NCBI GenBank assembly: GCA_951406725.2
Contig: OX597823.1
Location: forward strand, 67,022,001 to 67,086,000
Direction: 5' to 3'
DNA length: 64,000 bases
DNA from: Octopus vulgaris
Taxonomy: Eukaryota
Below the pieces are notes generated by a model. That model saw nothing but the letters and a program-made list of their open reading frames with translations, made no database searches and was not told the DNA's origin. Numbering within the stretch: the stretch's first letter is position 1; every line of letters starts with the position of its first letter. The position numbers and the translations under genes were made by a program. Below are positions 1 through 13,947 of the stretch, one piece after another.

Positions 1-307
1 CGTCAGCAGCATTATCATCACCATCAGAATTGTCATTATGTTAATCGCAATTACCATTATCATGGTTGTCATCCATCACCTTAATTCCCAGCAATATCAT
101 ACTCATTAATATCATTGCCATCATAGCGATCATCATCATCATCAACAGCAGCAGCAGCAGCAGCAGTAGCAGCAGCAATAGCAAGTTCACCAGTATTATG
201 AACATCTTACTCACTCTTGTATTGTCTGTATAATCATTGATATCGCCACATTTGCGTTGTTAATGCCGTTCTAAAATTCACCATTGCTGATGATGATAAG
301 GGCAATT

Positions 308-324
308 GATGATGATGATTATGA

Positions 325-390
<66 letters not shown>

Positions 391-517
391 TGATGATGAT
401 GATGACGACGACGATGACGATGATGATGATGACGATGATGATGACGATGGTGATGACGATGACGACGATGATGATGACGATGATGATGACGATGATGACG
501 ATAATGATGATGGTGAC
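308..517. repeat. (GAT/GAC)n trinucleotide microsatellite
   Basis: Seen directly; explains the poly-D, poly-T/M and poly-S ORFs at 284-652. Confidence 0.95.
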
Positions 518-916
518 GACAGCAATACTGCTAAGATTATTAACAAACGTTGTTACTACACGTTTGTATATAATTATTGCATCAGGTGCGCCACTGTTTT
601 GTGTAACTTTTTTCTACTGTTTTTCTGTTGTCATTTCTTTTTAAAAGATTAGGTATGCAATCTACAGCTAACATTAAATGTCCTTAATTAACATAATGCA
701 TTAATTATCACAACGGAATTCTGACTCCTTCATTTTGTAAATTAATATCAACTTCGTTTTATCTTTCTCAACATCGTGAACATTATAATGTAATATTAAC
801 AACCAAAGAAGTCGAGACGCTTACCAATCTTACGCATTTCACTTAGTTTATGTGTCTTTTCAAGTCATAACTGCTTCATAATTTTATGTGTAACTTATAC
901 GTTCTTTGGTTTTTCA

Positions 917-1215
917 TGTATAAGTGAAGGCGTTGAGTTGGCAGAATCGTTAACGCGTCGGGTAAAATGCTATACCATAGTTCTTCTTGCGGCTTTATGT
1001 TCTGAGTTCAAGCCGTGGTCGACTTTACTTTCCCCCCTTTTCCGGTTCGATTAAATAAGTAGCTTTCTACCTTGTGAGCATTAAGGTAATGTAACCAACA
1101 TAGTCCCATCCTTGAAATTGCCGGCCTTGTGCCAAAATTTGAAACCGTTATTTATGTTGCGTAGGGGAGATTTAGTTGCTATTTCTAATAGCTTAAAAGT
1201 CTATGTTCACAAATA
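917..1215 (+). mobile_element. Degenerate tRNA-derived SINE (family A) plus flank; duplicated at 3328-3622
   Basis: GGCAGAATCGTTAAC...GTTCTGAGTTCAAG...GGCCTTGTGCCAAAATTTGAAAC matches the family A copies elsewhere in the window. Confidence 0.75.
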
Positions 1216-1394
1216 CATTATTGCAGTTTAGCCCTTGGTCAACCTTGATATACTAAAACTATGATCAAAGCTATTTCAGATGTTGTCATCATTATTTTGC
1301 TATATATATTAGGCAACAAACGGCCAGAAAACCTAACGCGTCATTATATTTAAGCATACATTATACTTTGATGGAACTATTGTTGATTCTTCTT

Positions 1395-1616
1395 ATTTCT
1401 TTATTGCCCACCAGGGGCTAAACATAGAGGAGGAAAACAAGGACAGACAAAAGGATTAAGTCGATTAGATCGACCCCAGTGCGTAACTGGTACTTAATTT
1501 ATCGAAATCGATAGGATGAAAAGCAAAGTCAACCTCGGCGAAATTTGAACTTAGAACGTAACGGCAGACGAAATACTGCTAAGCATTTCGCCCGGCGTGC
1601 TATCGTTTCTGCCAAC
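1395..1616 (-). mobile_element. SINE family A copy with 15-bp target-site duplication
   Basis: Reverse complement matches the first unit of the 19305 copy. TTGTTGATTCTTCTT occurs at 1380-1394 and 1617-1631. Confidence 0.9.
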
Positions 1617-2133
1617 TTGTTGATTCTTCTTGCTGACCCAGTGAACACATGGATAAATCCTCGTTGCTATGCACGCTGTTAGCTTCTATAAATTTGAGCT
1701 GTTGCAGCATAATAAGTTTGAGGTAAAAATCAAGAAGTAAATTTTACACATACGCATACTCATACACACATACAGGCACACACTCGTAATCATCTAAATA
1801 TAAATATCTTTTTTACGTATAGGAGTGTGAGAGAGGCTGGTGTGTGAGTGTCTGTGTGTGTGTGGAAAGAGGGAAAGAGAAACAGACCGAGACAGACAGG
1901 ATCAGAGAAAAAAAGAATATGGTGGACTTGCTGTGGGGAGCGGAAAATCCGACACTTTTGACAAAGCCCTTCATGAAAAAGAAAATTCGACAGTAGAGCA
2001 ATGCATGCAAGACAACACTGCATTGCATCCTCTAACTTAAAAATACTAAGTGCAACTCAATCTCTATGGTGTCTGGTTGATCATATATGCAGACATACAG
2101 ACAGGCAGACAGAGGTAAACAGCCGGATAGATG

Positions 2134-2184
<51 letters not shown>

Positions 2185-2292
2185 TAAGAGATGCATATAT
2201 ATATATACTCACAGGACACACATATATATATATGTGTGTGTTTATGCATACATATACATATATATTCATATATATGTGTGTGTGTGTGTATA

Positions 2293-2335
<43 letters not shown>

Positions 2336-3327
2336 GCGCGCGTGTATGTGTATTTGTGTGTGTGTGAACATAAATTAGGGATCAAAAATATTGACGGATA
2401 AAAATACTTTAATCACATTCTTTACCGAGAAAGCGTATATCAATTTTCTCTTCTGTCTGATTTTATCCCTTTGATGTCGGCACTCAACAAAGAATGCGGT
2501 AGAGTATTCATTGATCTTTTTTATCTTTTTTTTTTATATCCAAAATTTTCGTTTATATATTTGTAACATTTAACTAAACTATATCAATATTTTGCCCAGA
2601 TATGGTAATCAAATCTCACTTAAATCACACCCTACCGTACTGATTGTAAAGAAGTGAAATATTTGATAAAGTAATGTTTGATAAATGGGATGGCCACGGC
2701 TGGAAACATTAATTATAGATGTGCTGGATAAAAGCTAAACTCTGTGTGTGTGTCTGTGTGTGTGGAGGGGGGTTGTGTGTGTGGTGCTTTTTATCAGAGA
2801 CAGAAATTGTAGAAGAATGAGGAGGAGGAGGAGGAGGAGGAGAAGGAGAAGAAGAAGAAGAAGATTCATGAACCTTCGGCATATTATATCACTTTGAAGA
2901 TATTTTCGTCGCTGTAGTAATACGTGCTTGATAATAAATTACCTGCTGCTGTCTTTTCATTCACAAATCTTATTTAGGCTCACAAAAAGAATCGCCTTTA
3001 GAATTGCCTTTTTCTTCTCTAGAGCACATTGAAGTTGCAAGAAAACTTATAAGGTGCATAAGTTTGTTAGATATCTTCGTAGTAATGATATTACTAGTTG
3101 ATGTGGAACTGATATGAGGATAATCATATTGATTACTGTTGGCACACCACCACAACATATCCAATGTACTACAAAAGTAACACAACATTACAACTACAAA
3201 AAAAAATAGAAAATAGAAAAAGCAAACGAAAGTAAGCGGTAACTATACTAAAATAATGCATCAGAATATTCTGCAACTAATAAAAGTAACACTTATGAGG
3301 TCGCTTCAAATGCTAGAAATAACAGCC

Positions 3328-3622
3328 TGTATAAATGAAGGCGTTGAGATGGAAGAATCGAAAATGCGTCGGGTAAAACGCTTTACCACAGTTCTTGCGT
3401 CTTTATGTTCTGAGTTCAAGCCGTGGTCGACATTTCCTTTCCCCTTTTCAGGTTCGATTAAATAAGTACCCTGCTACCTTGTGAGCATTAAAGTAATGTA
3501 ACCTACATAGTTCCATCCTTGAAATTGCCGGCCTTGTGCCAAAATTTGAATCCGTTGTTTATGTTGTGTAGGGGAGATCCAGTTGCTATTTCTAATATCT
3601 TAAGAGTCTGTGTTCACAAATA
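3328..3622 (+). repeat. Second copy of the 917-1215 segment (SINE plus flank)
   Basis: Colinear by-eye alignment over about 300 bp, including non-SINE 3' flank. Confidence 0.85.
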
Positions 3623-4296
3623 TCCGGGAAATCATTCACGAAACGTCCTTTAAAGTAAATTTTAGATGTTTGCCTTCTGAGATAATGAACTATATCTAAA
3701 AGATAAATTTTGTACATTTCGAAAGTCATTGATCATGGGTGCGATCGTCAGACCTGGAGAATAAATAAAATCGAAGAAGGTGAAAGAAATATGTTTCAAA
3801 TCTTTCTGAATATTTTTTCTCGCTGATGTAGAAGAAATAAAAGCCTGCAATAGGCTATCGTGGCTCCTGAACTGGTTGCTAAAAGTGAATAAATTTTATG
3901 AAACACATTTGTAAATGCACATGATCAACTTTTGAAAGGACAACGAGATTTTAATATTATGAGTTACTTTTACTGTGTTTAACAACCCTTGAACTACGAA
4001 ACAAAAGGACAACATTAGCAGCATTCGAAACTAGAATGAGTGGAACTGAAGATAAATAATCTATTGTATATTAAAAGCATAAAAGAAGTGACTTCTCTGA
4101 TAGGTTAGTGACTCGGATACAATGCGTTGAGTCATCTTATAATGTTGTGCGTTTTGAGTGCAAATCGCACAGAGCCGTTTCAGAAGGATGAAAGTTGAAG
4201 TTTCATCTTTATGGGCAAGGAAACTTATGGGCAGGGAGCGCTTCTTCTCACCTTTCTCTCTCATTCCCTCTCTTTCTCTTTCCCCTCACACACCCA

Positions 4297-4361
<65 letters not shown>

Positions 4362-4719
4362 GAAGATTATTGTCGACCACTCACAGCGACTTTTGTAGGA
4401 AGGTTGAGATAGAAACTGACAAATCCTTTCTCATAGAAAAAAAATTACAACATGAACAGTTTGAAGATGAACCAGTGAACAGTTCAGAACGGAACGAAAA
4501 CACTTCTTCAAAGTAAAATTTTATAAACAAAATCTGCAGGGATCCATTAAATGCATGATAACTGTTCTTGATTGTAGACAATAATACCTGTCCCTTAGGT
4601 GCTTGTAGCCGAATAGCGAGCCAATTCAATTTTCTGATGACAAACTGTATTCTCCTGCGCTTTTTGTCTCGGATATAACTGAGTCGTGGATTCTTCCCCA
4701 CATCTCTCACCGAGTGCAT

Positions 4720-4862
4720 AACTGGTACTTATTTAATCGACTCCGAAAGGATGAAAGGCAAAGTCGACCTCGGCGGAATTTGAACTCAGAATGTAATGAC
4801 AGACGTAATACAGCTAAGCATTTCGCCCGGCGTGCTAACATTTTTGCCAGCTCGCTGCCTTA
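4720..4862 (-). mobile_element. SINE family A copy
   Basis: ACTGGTACTTATTTAATCGAC...GGAATTTGAACTCAGAA...GCCAGCTCGCTGCC is the reverse complement of the family head and core. Confidence 0.9.
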
Positions 4863-5789
4863 TTCAGCAAGACTATTAAGTATAGATTAGTTGATTTAAG
4901 CTCTGATTTCATTATCAATTTCTAAATATTTGCCACATCTTTGTCTCTGAACATATATTCACCTATATCATCAGTTTAAATTTCCATTTCTCTCTTTTTA
5001 TTCTACGAGAGTTAATTTCATTTTTATTAGGTTAAACGAAAGCTCTGAATAACTGTCCAATATAATTTGAAAAATAAATATAAAAAACGAAAACAGGTTT
5101 AACGAATTTCAATAAAATCTTGTAAAAGACAAGTGTAATTTTTACTAATTAGGGTGATGTAATCAATGTAGTTAATAAAGTGTTAAATTCTCGCGAAGTT
5201 AATCACCAACATCATTATCTCTGCCACTACATTCATCATGAAAATCATTGTCCTCCTTCATTATATATAAACGCTGTCGTTGTCGCCGTCATCATCTTCA
5301 GTACCGGAGGCAGCGGCGCTGATGATGGTACCATCATCATCATTAACATCATCACCATCGTAATTATATTTTCGTCATTGTTATCATTATCATGACGGCC
5401 ATTTTTCCATCCTTCACCACCTTAACCCACATACATCATCAACGTCATTGCCATCAGCATTACTCATATCTAATTAATTTTGATTTCATTATCTTAATTA
5501 GATTTGAGAAATAAAACATAACAGTCCACCCACTTCTCTTACTCCATATCTACGACGTCGATTGGTAAAAATATCAAAACTTCATTAGCTTTTCTCTCAA
5601 ATCACACCCTTCGACCCGCTTTAGAATAAGGTCAACGGTGATTTTTGTTGAAGTTCACAAAGACACAACTAATAAATGTGTCCACCTATAAAAAAAAACG
5701 CTTAAAACACAAACACACATGCACACAGACATACATACAAACATAGATAAATACATACACACACAGAACACAAGCACACACACTCACAC

Positions 5790-6105
<316 letters not shown>

Positions 6106-6482
6106 CATGTATGGTGTGAGCGAGTAAGCATGTGTCAATTTGTTATAAGTCGATAAATGTTGTTTCAACTGGTATTGAGTGTTTTATGTAAGATATTAAT
6201 TGCAACAAAAAACCTTACGAACACACACACACGCACACACGCGAGCGTGCGCGCATGCACATATTTATGTGCTTCGGTATATATAATATAGAACAAATAT
6301 ATACTTATATATGTAATACGTATGTATTATGAAATCTTTGTTTGCACTGTGTACAGCTAGATCTGGAACGAATATTTCCTTTTTCTTAATACGTCGAGGC
6401 ACAATATATTACTACTAGGTGAAATATACGTCAAAGGAGGAACACTGCTCTTTTTTTATGACTATAATGTATTCGAGAAGTA

Positions 6483-6880
6483 AGGCAGCGAGCTGGTAGA
6501 AACGTTAGCACGCCGGGAGAAGTACTTAGCAGTATTTCGGCTACCGTCACGTTCTGAGTTCAAATTCCGCCGAGGTCGACTTTGGCTTTCATCCTTTATG
6601 GGTCGACTAAATAAGAACCAGTTACGCACCGGGGTCAATATAATCGACTTAAATCCGTTTGCCTGTCCTTGTTTGTCCTCTCTGTGTTTATCTCCTTGTG
6701 GGTAGTAAAGAAATAGGTATTTCGCCTGCCGCTACGTTCTGAGTTCAAATTCAGCCGAGGTCGACTTTGCCTTTCATCCATTCGGAATCGATAAATTAAG
6801 TGCCAGTTACGTTCTAGGGTGGATCTAATCGACTGACTTCCTCCCCAAAAATTTCGGGTTTTTGCCTAGAGTAGAAAAGC
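6483..6880 (+). mobile_element. Dimeric SINE family A copy with 13-bp TSD
   Basis: Pol III-like head (GAGCTGGTAGAA...GAGTTCAAATTCC); the core GCCTTTCATCC...GTCGA occurs twice. ATAATGTATTCGA occurs at 6464-6476 and 6881-6893. Confidence 0.9.
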
Positions 6881-7269
6881 ATAATGTATTCGACACACTC
6901 GATTCTTCGGTGGAAGAAATGTGGAGGAGAATACACTATTCATGGCAATTTCCGGAGGAGAGGACCGACGTCTGTATATGCAAATACACATGTATGATAT
7001 ATATATATATATCCATATATGATCTGTGTGTGAGTCTATCATTCTATGACGGTGAATTCGAAGTATCATTCTATATACGCGAACAATCCTTTCAGAGATT
7101 GGAATTATATTACATAGGATAACGTTCATATACGATGTGATTTGAGATTATTCAAGTGATTTGTGGTTTTATGGTCATTTTCATAAGCAAATATGCAAGC
7201 ATTAATTCTTCTTTATGGCATGTTATATATTATAACAAATGGTAGTTCGGAAATATTATTCTTTTACTT

Positions 7270-7433
7270 TTTTTACTCTTGTACACGTTTCAGTCATTTG
7301 ACTGCAGCCATGTTGTTCTATCGGTTGACTTTTGCCGAACCGCTAGATTTTGGAAACATAAACACACCAACATCGGTTGTCAAGCGATGGTGGGGGACAA
7401 ACACAGACACAAAGGCACATACAATTAAATATG

Positions 7434-7467
<34 letters not shown>

Positions 7468-7658
7468 TGTATGTATGTCGGTATGTATGTATGTATGTAT
7501 ACACCTCAGGCTTCTTTGAGTTTCCATCTACCAAATCCTCTCACAAGGCTTTGGTCGGCCTGGGGCATTAGAAGAAGACACTGGCGCAAGGTGCCGCACA
7601 GTGAGAATGAACCCTGACCCATGTGGTTGGGAAGAAACCTTCTTAACACACAGCCATG
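7270..7658 (-). mobile_element. SINE family B (tRNA head, CORE-like CACCTTG.GC.AGTGTCTTCT segment, internal microsatellite)
   Basis: Same architecture recurs at about 8860-9165 (-), 12625-13295 (+), 25000-25130 (-), 36230-36370 (-) and 38430-38595 (-). The CORE assignment is from memory of MIR-like SINEs. Confidence 0.75.
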
Positions 7659-8772
7659 AACATAACATTCCTAGTTCTTTGTGAAATACACATTCAGAAG
7701 AATCTTCAAATCAGCTCGAAAAAAATGAAAAACAAACAGTAGTGATAGAAAAAGAAACATTAAACATTATGAACCTTAGTCAAGATCGGTTTTGCAACTA
7801 GTCTATTAAATCGAACTTTAAATAAATAAAGAAATGCATCAGAATGTAGATATCAGATACTAGGCACAATAACACAACCAAACCACACATAGTATTGCAC
7901 GAATAAAATATACCTTATCAAATGAATAAATGAGCACGTCATCAAATTTACTGATCAGAAATTCATTGCACAAAATAATGAAATATTATAAATAATGCCA
8001 TATAAGTAGTGTAGTAAGAGGTAAATCTTTTTCGCCACAAATTAATTGTGTTTTTCCTTTCGTATATAATCAATTAGCTAATCATTAATGATATATTAAA
8101 AGAACGCCAATATATAACTAATCACCTCATCAAGAACAAAGAAGAAGCGTGAAAACCGCTGAACGAACTCCAGACGACTTAATGTAATTTGGAAATATGT
8201 ACTCAAATAAGAAATTGGTAAGCTTCATGACACTAGCAATAATATAGTTCATATCAGTACAGAATGTCTGGCTATGCAATTACAGCAAGAGATCACTGCA
8301 AAACATTATATTATTTAGTGTAAAGCCAACGGAATAGAACGATATCAGTTAACGAAGTTATGAAGCTCTTCGCGACAAAATTAGTTTTGTAACGCAAGGT
8401 TTATTACAGTTTGTAAATTAATTGACAGAGGAATCATTAAAAGGAAACGAGAACAAGTAGTGTTTCTGACTGGTGAAAGAAGTTTAAAAACATTATTATT
8501 AATACAACAATGGTTCTATGAGACCAGGAATAACACTGTCAATAGTCATTTCCTTCAGAGCTAGAAAGAAAGCCCTTACAGCCCCTGAATCTTCTTCAAA
8601 ATATACACCACCGCTTTTAAAGGAAAGGAACACATTTTATAATGTCATCGTACATATACTTTACACGAGAAAAGAAGGAAATAACCATGACTTGGCTAAA
8701 ATGTTTATCAACACCGCTCTACACACCTGGTGTTCGTTACGGACGAAAAGTCAGCAAAACACACTCTCTTCA

Positions 8773-9165
8773 AGGTGACGACCTGGCAGAAACGTTAGCA
8801 CGCCGGGCGAAATGCGTAGCCGTATTTCGTCTGCCGTTACGTTCTGGGTTCAAATTCCAGCCATTAGACTGTGGCCATGCTGGGGCACCGCCTTGAGGAA
8901 TTTTTTTTTAATGCAATGAATCTACTCTATTACTTACTCTTTGCTAAGCCTGGTACCTATCCCATCAGTCTCTTTTGTCGAACTGCTGATTTGCGAGGAC
9001 GTAAACATACCGACGCCGGTTGTCAAGTGGTATTAGGGGACAAACACATGTGAAGACAAACACACACACACGCGCGCATGCGCACGCACACACAGAGTCT
9101 GGACTGAGTCTGCAAACCTTGTGGTTGGGAAGCAAACTTCTCACCACGGAGCCACACCTGTGCCT
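8773..9165. mobile_element. Family A SINE head (+, 8773-8858) abutting a family B SINE (-)
   Basis: GGCAGAAACGTTAGCACGCCGGGCGAAATG head is followed by CCATTAGACTGTGGCCATGCTGGGGCACC and the family B tail and head. Confidence 0.75.
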
Positions 9166-9399
9166 ATAAAAGAAACGAACCATCCCTTCGAGGCATGAAA
9201 TAAGGCGTTTTGTTCAAGACATATCGTTCGTCTCAGGAATCGAAACCGCTATCGTATGATTATGAATTTGCACCCTAATCACTAAGCAATGCTATATTTA
9301 TACTATTAACTTTATATATAAAAAAATCTCTAGACAACAAAATATACAATGGATTCCATTCTTTGGAATTTTATGTTGTTCTTTTCTCACAGCCATTTA

Positions 9400-9447
<48 letters not shown>

Positions 9448-10190
9448 ACACATGCGTGCTCTAGATGCAGGCCTGGCTGATGGGGGTGTTTGTCTCCCCT
9501 TCGTAAATATATAAGGACACAGGAAAAAACGTGTCGAAGCCATCAGGAAGCGTCAATGCTTCCTAGGCCTAAACAGCGGTGGTGTAATCCCCTACTGTCA
9601 CGTTAAATTGACAGTATACAACCATTATATATATATAAATCAACTGGGTAATAAGATTATAATGCGCGTTGCAAATCTCTCCTATGCGTATTGTATCGCC
9701 TACCAATCGTTATGATTTCAGTTAAAACCTATTCATACCTTATCATATAATATTATAATAGTATACACACTCATATTATGTGTGTGTATATGTATAAGAC
9801 AGGACATAAATGATGGTGTTACACATTTCTCCCTTGCAGTAAATTTTACTTATGGCTGTTTTCAGTAGTCATTACAAGTGTGTTATTGATCGGTTTACTG
9901 AATAGGTTTGTTATTGACTGGTTTATAAAAAGTGATCGACCTGACGGGCGTAGGATTAACTCTCTCGGTCGTTCAATTTTTCTCAATCGATCTATGAACG
10001 GACTGAGTAAACCAATCAATAACGAAACTTCAATGATTACAAGAAACATCTGCAAGTCAGTTTTTTCTACAATCAGAAATATGAAAAAAAAAAAATTAAT
10101 TATGTCTTATTTATTTTTTTATTTTATATTATCTAGTTTCAGCTCACGAGCTGTGGCCATGCTGGGGCACCGCCATTAAAACAATGTGCT

Positions 10191-10310
10191 ATGCTTACGG
10201 CACCTAGGTTTCCCAAGCGGTCACCCATCTAAGTACTGACTAGGCTCGACGTTGCTTAACTTCGGTGATCAGACGAGAACCGGTGCTTTCAACGTGATAT
10301 GGCCGTATCT
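10191..10310 (-). rRNA. 5S rRNA: Solitary 5S rRNA copy, probably a pseudogene or orphon
   Basis: Reverse complement reads AGATACGGCCATATCACGTTGAAAGCACCGGTTCTCGTCTGATCACCGAAGTTAAGCAACGTCGAGCCTAGTCAGTACTTAGATGGGTGACCGCTTGGGAAACCTAGGTGCCGTAAGCAT. This is a full-length invertebrate-type 5S with box A (AGTTAAGC) and box C (GATGGGTGAC). The first 3 nt do not pair with the 3' end. Confidence 0.93.
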
Positions 10311-10459
10311 TGTATATCACTCTGTGTAATAAAAAGCAGTATAACTGGAAACACAGCTATGAATTTACAGAATGGTGTTGAACAATAACTTCGGATGCTG
10401 CCACCAGAATATGCAGAGTTGCTTTACTAATCTAAACAGCATTGTTAGCCTTGTTAATG

Positions 10460-10680
10460 GAGACAAGCTGGCAGATTCGTTAAGACGTTGGGCGAAATAC
10501 TTGTTGGTATTTGGTCCGTCTTCACGTTCTGAGATCAAATTTCGCCGAGGTCATCTTCGACTTTCGTTGTTTAGGAGTCGATAAAAATAGTGCCAGTTAA
10601 ATTGTGCGGTCGATGTAATCGACTTACCCACTCCCTCGAAACTGCTGGCGAAAATTTGTGCAATAATTTGGAATAAGCAT
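10460..10680 (+). mobile_element. Degenerate SINE family A copy
   Basis: AAGCTGGCAGATTCGTTAAG...CGTTCTGAGATCAAATTTCGCCGAGGTC...GTCGATAAAA. Confidence 0.8.
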
Positions 10681-10741
10681 TGTTGCCTGGTGTACTAATA
10701 GACTGCTTATAAAGGATTTTGCTCGGATTGATAATCCCTCA

Positions 10742-10777
<36 letters not shown>

Positions 10778-11046
10778 TAGATATATATATATTGTGAATG
10801 GGTAAGGATAAAGCTACACTGAGTATTGTCATTTAGAACGAATTATTTTGGCATAACCATATAAGACGTGAAGGATAGGATTAAATATCACTATAGTGCC
10901 CCAGCTTGACCACAGCTGCATGTTTGAATTAGAAATTTAAAGAATATACATATATGTGTGTGTGTGTGCATGTGTGCTTCGACATGTGTGTGCATGTGTG
11001 CTTCGACATGTGCATGTGTGCTTTAAACATGTGCATACATGCATAG

Positions 11047-11142
<96 letters not shown>

Positions 11143-11921
11143 GTACGTACATACATACATATATACATACATACATACATACATACATACATACATACAT
11201 ACATACATACATACATACATACATTGATGCGCACACATAATTCTGTAGGCATGCATACATACACAAAGATGAAGAAGGGAAAAATAATAAACATATGTAA
11301 ATATATGTATATATACAAGTATAAGTCTTTGTTAGCGTGTCCATATATTCGTTTGTAGTTTACGTTATTTCTATCCTTAAATAAATAGTGGACGTTTCTA
11401 TTCTGCTAACCAATATTTGTTCCAGTCTACCTATAATTTCTTGCTCTTTGACGTTTCACAATAAGATATATATTATATATTGATATTTCAAATCTAACAT
11501 TAACTAAGCAAAATGAAAAAAAAACAAAGATCTCTTTCATCTATACACACACAACACACACACACACACACGCACACACGCAGCCACACGCACATTCATG
11601 CACACACAGAAACATTCATATACACACACTTACAAGCAAAGATACATACATACATACATGCACACAAACATACACACTAGTACATACATGATTAGGTGCG
11701 TGTACGAATGTATTTCGGATAGATTCTGTGTAAGTATACAATGTGTATTAAAATGATATGGATAGATTTTTTTCGCTTTTATAGAGAATATATTTTTTTG
11801 TGCAGAGCAGTTTACAGAAGGCCTCGAATTATATGCGTCTATATTATTTACACCCCATGCGTTCCTGATGCATAGGAAAGTGTAGAGACAAATACACAGA
11901 CATGCGTACATATATATATAT

Positions 11922-12060
11922 AGGGAGAGTTTACGAAAAAAACAAAAGACAAAGACAGGTGGTGTACAAAACAAAGAGATGTATTAGTATAACGCTCAGG
12001 AATAGAAAAGTCTTTTACATTTCGAGCCTACGCTCTTCAACAGAAAGGGACAGAGAAAAA
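11922..12060 (-). mobile_element. Small hammerhead-bearing element (Penelope pLTR-like) ending in CTCCC-(TA)n
   Basis: Minus strand reads CTTT-CTGTTGA-A-GAGC-GTAG-GCTC-GAAA-TG-TA-AAAG (12047-12012). The rest aligns with 21421-21545. Confidence 0.7.
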
Positions 12061-12108
12061 ACAAGGAGAGAAACAAGGAGAGAAACATGTGTGAAAAAAA
12101 GGAGAGAC

Positions 12109-12201
<93 letters not shown>

Positions 12202-12471
12202 ATCAAATGTATTATATCAAACGATAGATAATTGTCAACTCATTACAGTTGGTTTTTTACATAACCTTTTAATAGAAGAATGAGAACATAACATAAAAAT
12301 AAAAGACGCTATTCATGAGATGAAATGTAATTTTCACAAAGCAATGGAATATCCCAACAGTGCAGCCAGGGTGTAGCTAGAGTCTGTCGAGGCCAACTGT
12401 GAACCACAGAGAATACCCAACCCTACCTGGTGCATACCTTTTCAAGTACCTGATTCTATTTGAATCATCGC

Positions 12472-12579
<108 letters not shown>

Positions 12580-12624
12580 GGTAGGCTGAATTTTCGAATC
12601 ACATCGAGATTATAATTCTTTTAG

Positions 12625-13070
12625 TCTCAGGTGTAGAAGTGGGGTAAGGAGCTTGCTTTACAACCATGTGCTTCCAAGTTCAGTCCCTCAGTATGACACC
12701 TTAGGGATGTGTATTCTAACCAAAACCTTCTGAGTGGATTTCATAGTCTGAAACTGAAATGAGCTGCCATGAATGGACGGATGGACAGATGGATGGATGG
12801 ATAGATAGAGAAATAGTTAGATAGACAGAAAGATAGAGAGAGAGATAGGTAGGTAGGTAGGTAGGTAGGTAGGTAGGTAGGTAGGTAGGTAGGTAGGTAG
12901 GTAGGTAGGTAGGTAGGTAGGTAGGTAGGTAGGTAGGTAGGTAGGTAGGTAGGTAGGTAGGTAGGTAGGTAGGTAGGTAGGTTGGTAGGTAGGTAGGTAG
13001 GTAGGTAAGTAGGTAGGTAGGTGGGTAGACAGACAGACAGACAGGTAGCCAGATAGATAGATAGATAGAT

Positions 13071-13134
<64 letters not shown>

Positions 13135-13295
13135 TATTTGTGTGCATTTGTGCCTGTGATTTTCCCCTACCACTGCTTAGCAACCGGTGTTGGTGTATTC
13201 ATGTAATCGTAATTTAGCAGTTCGGCAAAAGAGAACTGATATAATTAGAACCAGGCTTTAAAATATACTGGGGTGGATATATTTGACTAAAAGTT
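12625..13295 (+). mobile_element. SINE family B copy expanded by internal (GGTA)n/(GATA)n
   Basis: Head GTTCAGTCCC...CACCTTAGGG...CCAAAACCTTCTGAGTGGATTT; tail CAACCGGTGTTGGTGT...GTTCGGCAAAAGAG. Confidence 0.7.
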
Positions 13296-13892
13296 CCCAT
13301 ACACACCATTCTTATTTTGGGAGAGTGCATGGTTTAATCTGTGTGTGTGTGTGTGTATCCGACCATTGAAAACTATAGATATTCACATATGTAGCCAACC
13401 ATGAAGAACAGACCAGAGGTACAGACAAATAAAAGATTAATTCCATTTAAATGCCAGCCAGTTCTATTCAGTACCATTCATAGGAGTCCGACAAACGCGC
13501 TCTCGCGGCAAACACCATAGGTCTGTCAGCCGTTTCTAAATTCAAACCACGAGGAACAGAAGAGATGGTCTTGAACACAACGATTTTAAACTAACGCCTG
13601 AGGAAACACAACTAGATCTCATTATGCAAACAAACAATTGCAAAATAAAATACCTATATTCTTGGAGAACTTCGTTGCGTCGAAACAAGTATAGCGAAAA
13701 ACGAATAAATGTCCAACTGTAGTCCTTCTTGACTCCAACTTCTTCAATTTTACATTCACACACGGCGAATGCCCAAACTTAAAATTGGAAGTATATGATA
13801 ATACTACCGATAGAACTAGATAATTCTGAAGGTGGACGAGCTTTACACTGTCCTCTACCACGTTCCCTAATGGAATATAACATAACTAGTAA

Positions 13893-13946
<54 letters not shown>

Positions 13947-13947
<1 letters not shown>

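Noticed and set aside
284-652. Poly-Asp, poly-Thr and poly-Ser ORFs
   Set aside because: Pure trinucleotide microsatellite that is open in several frames.
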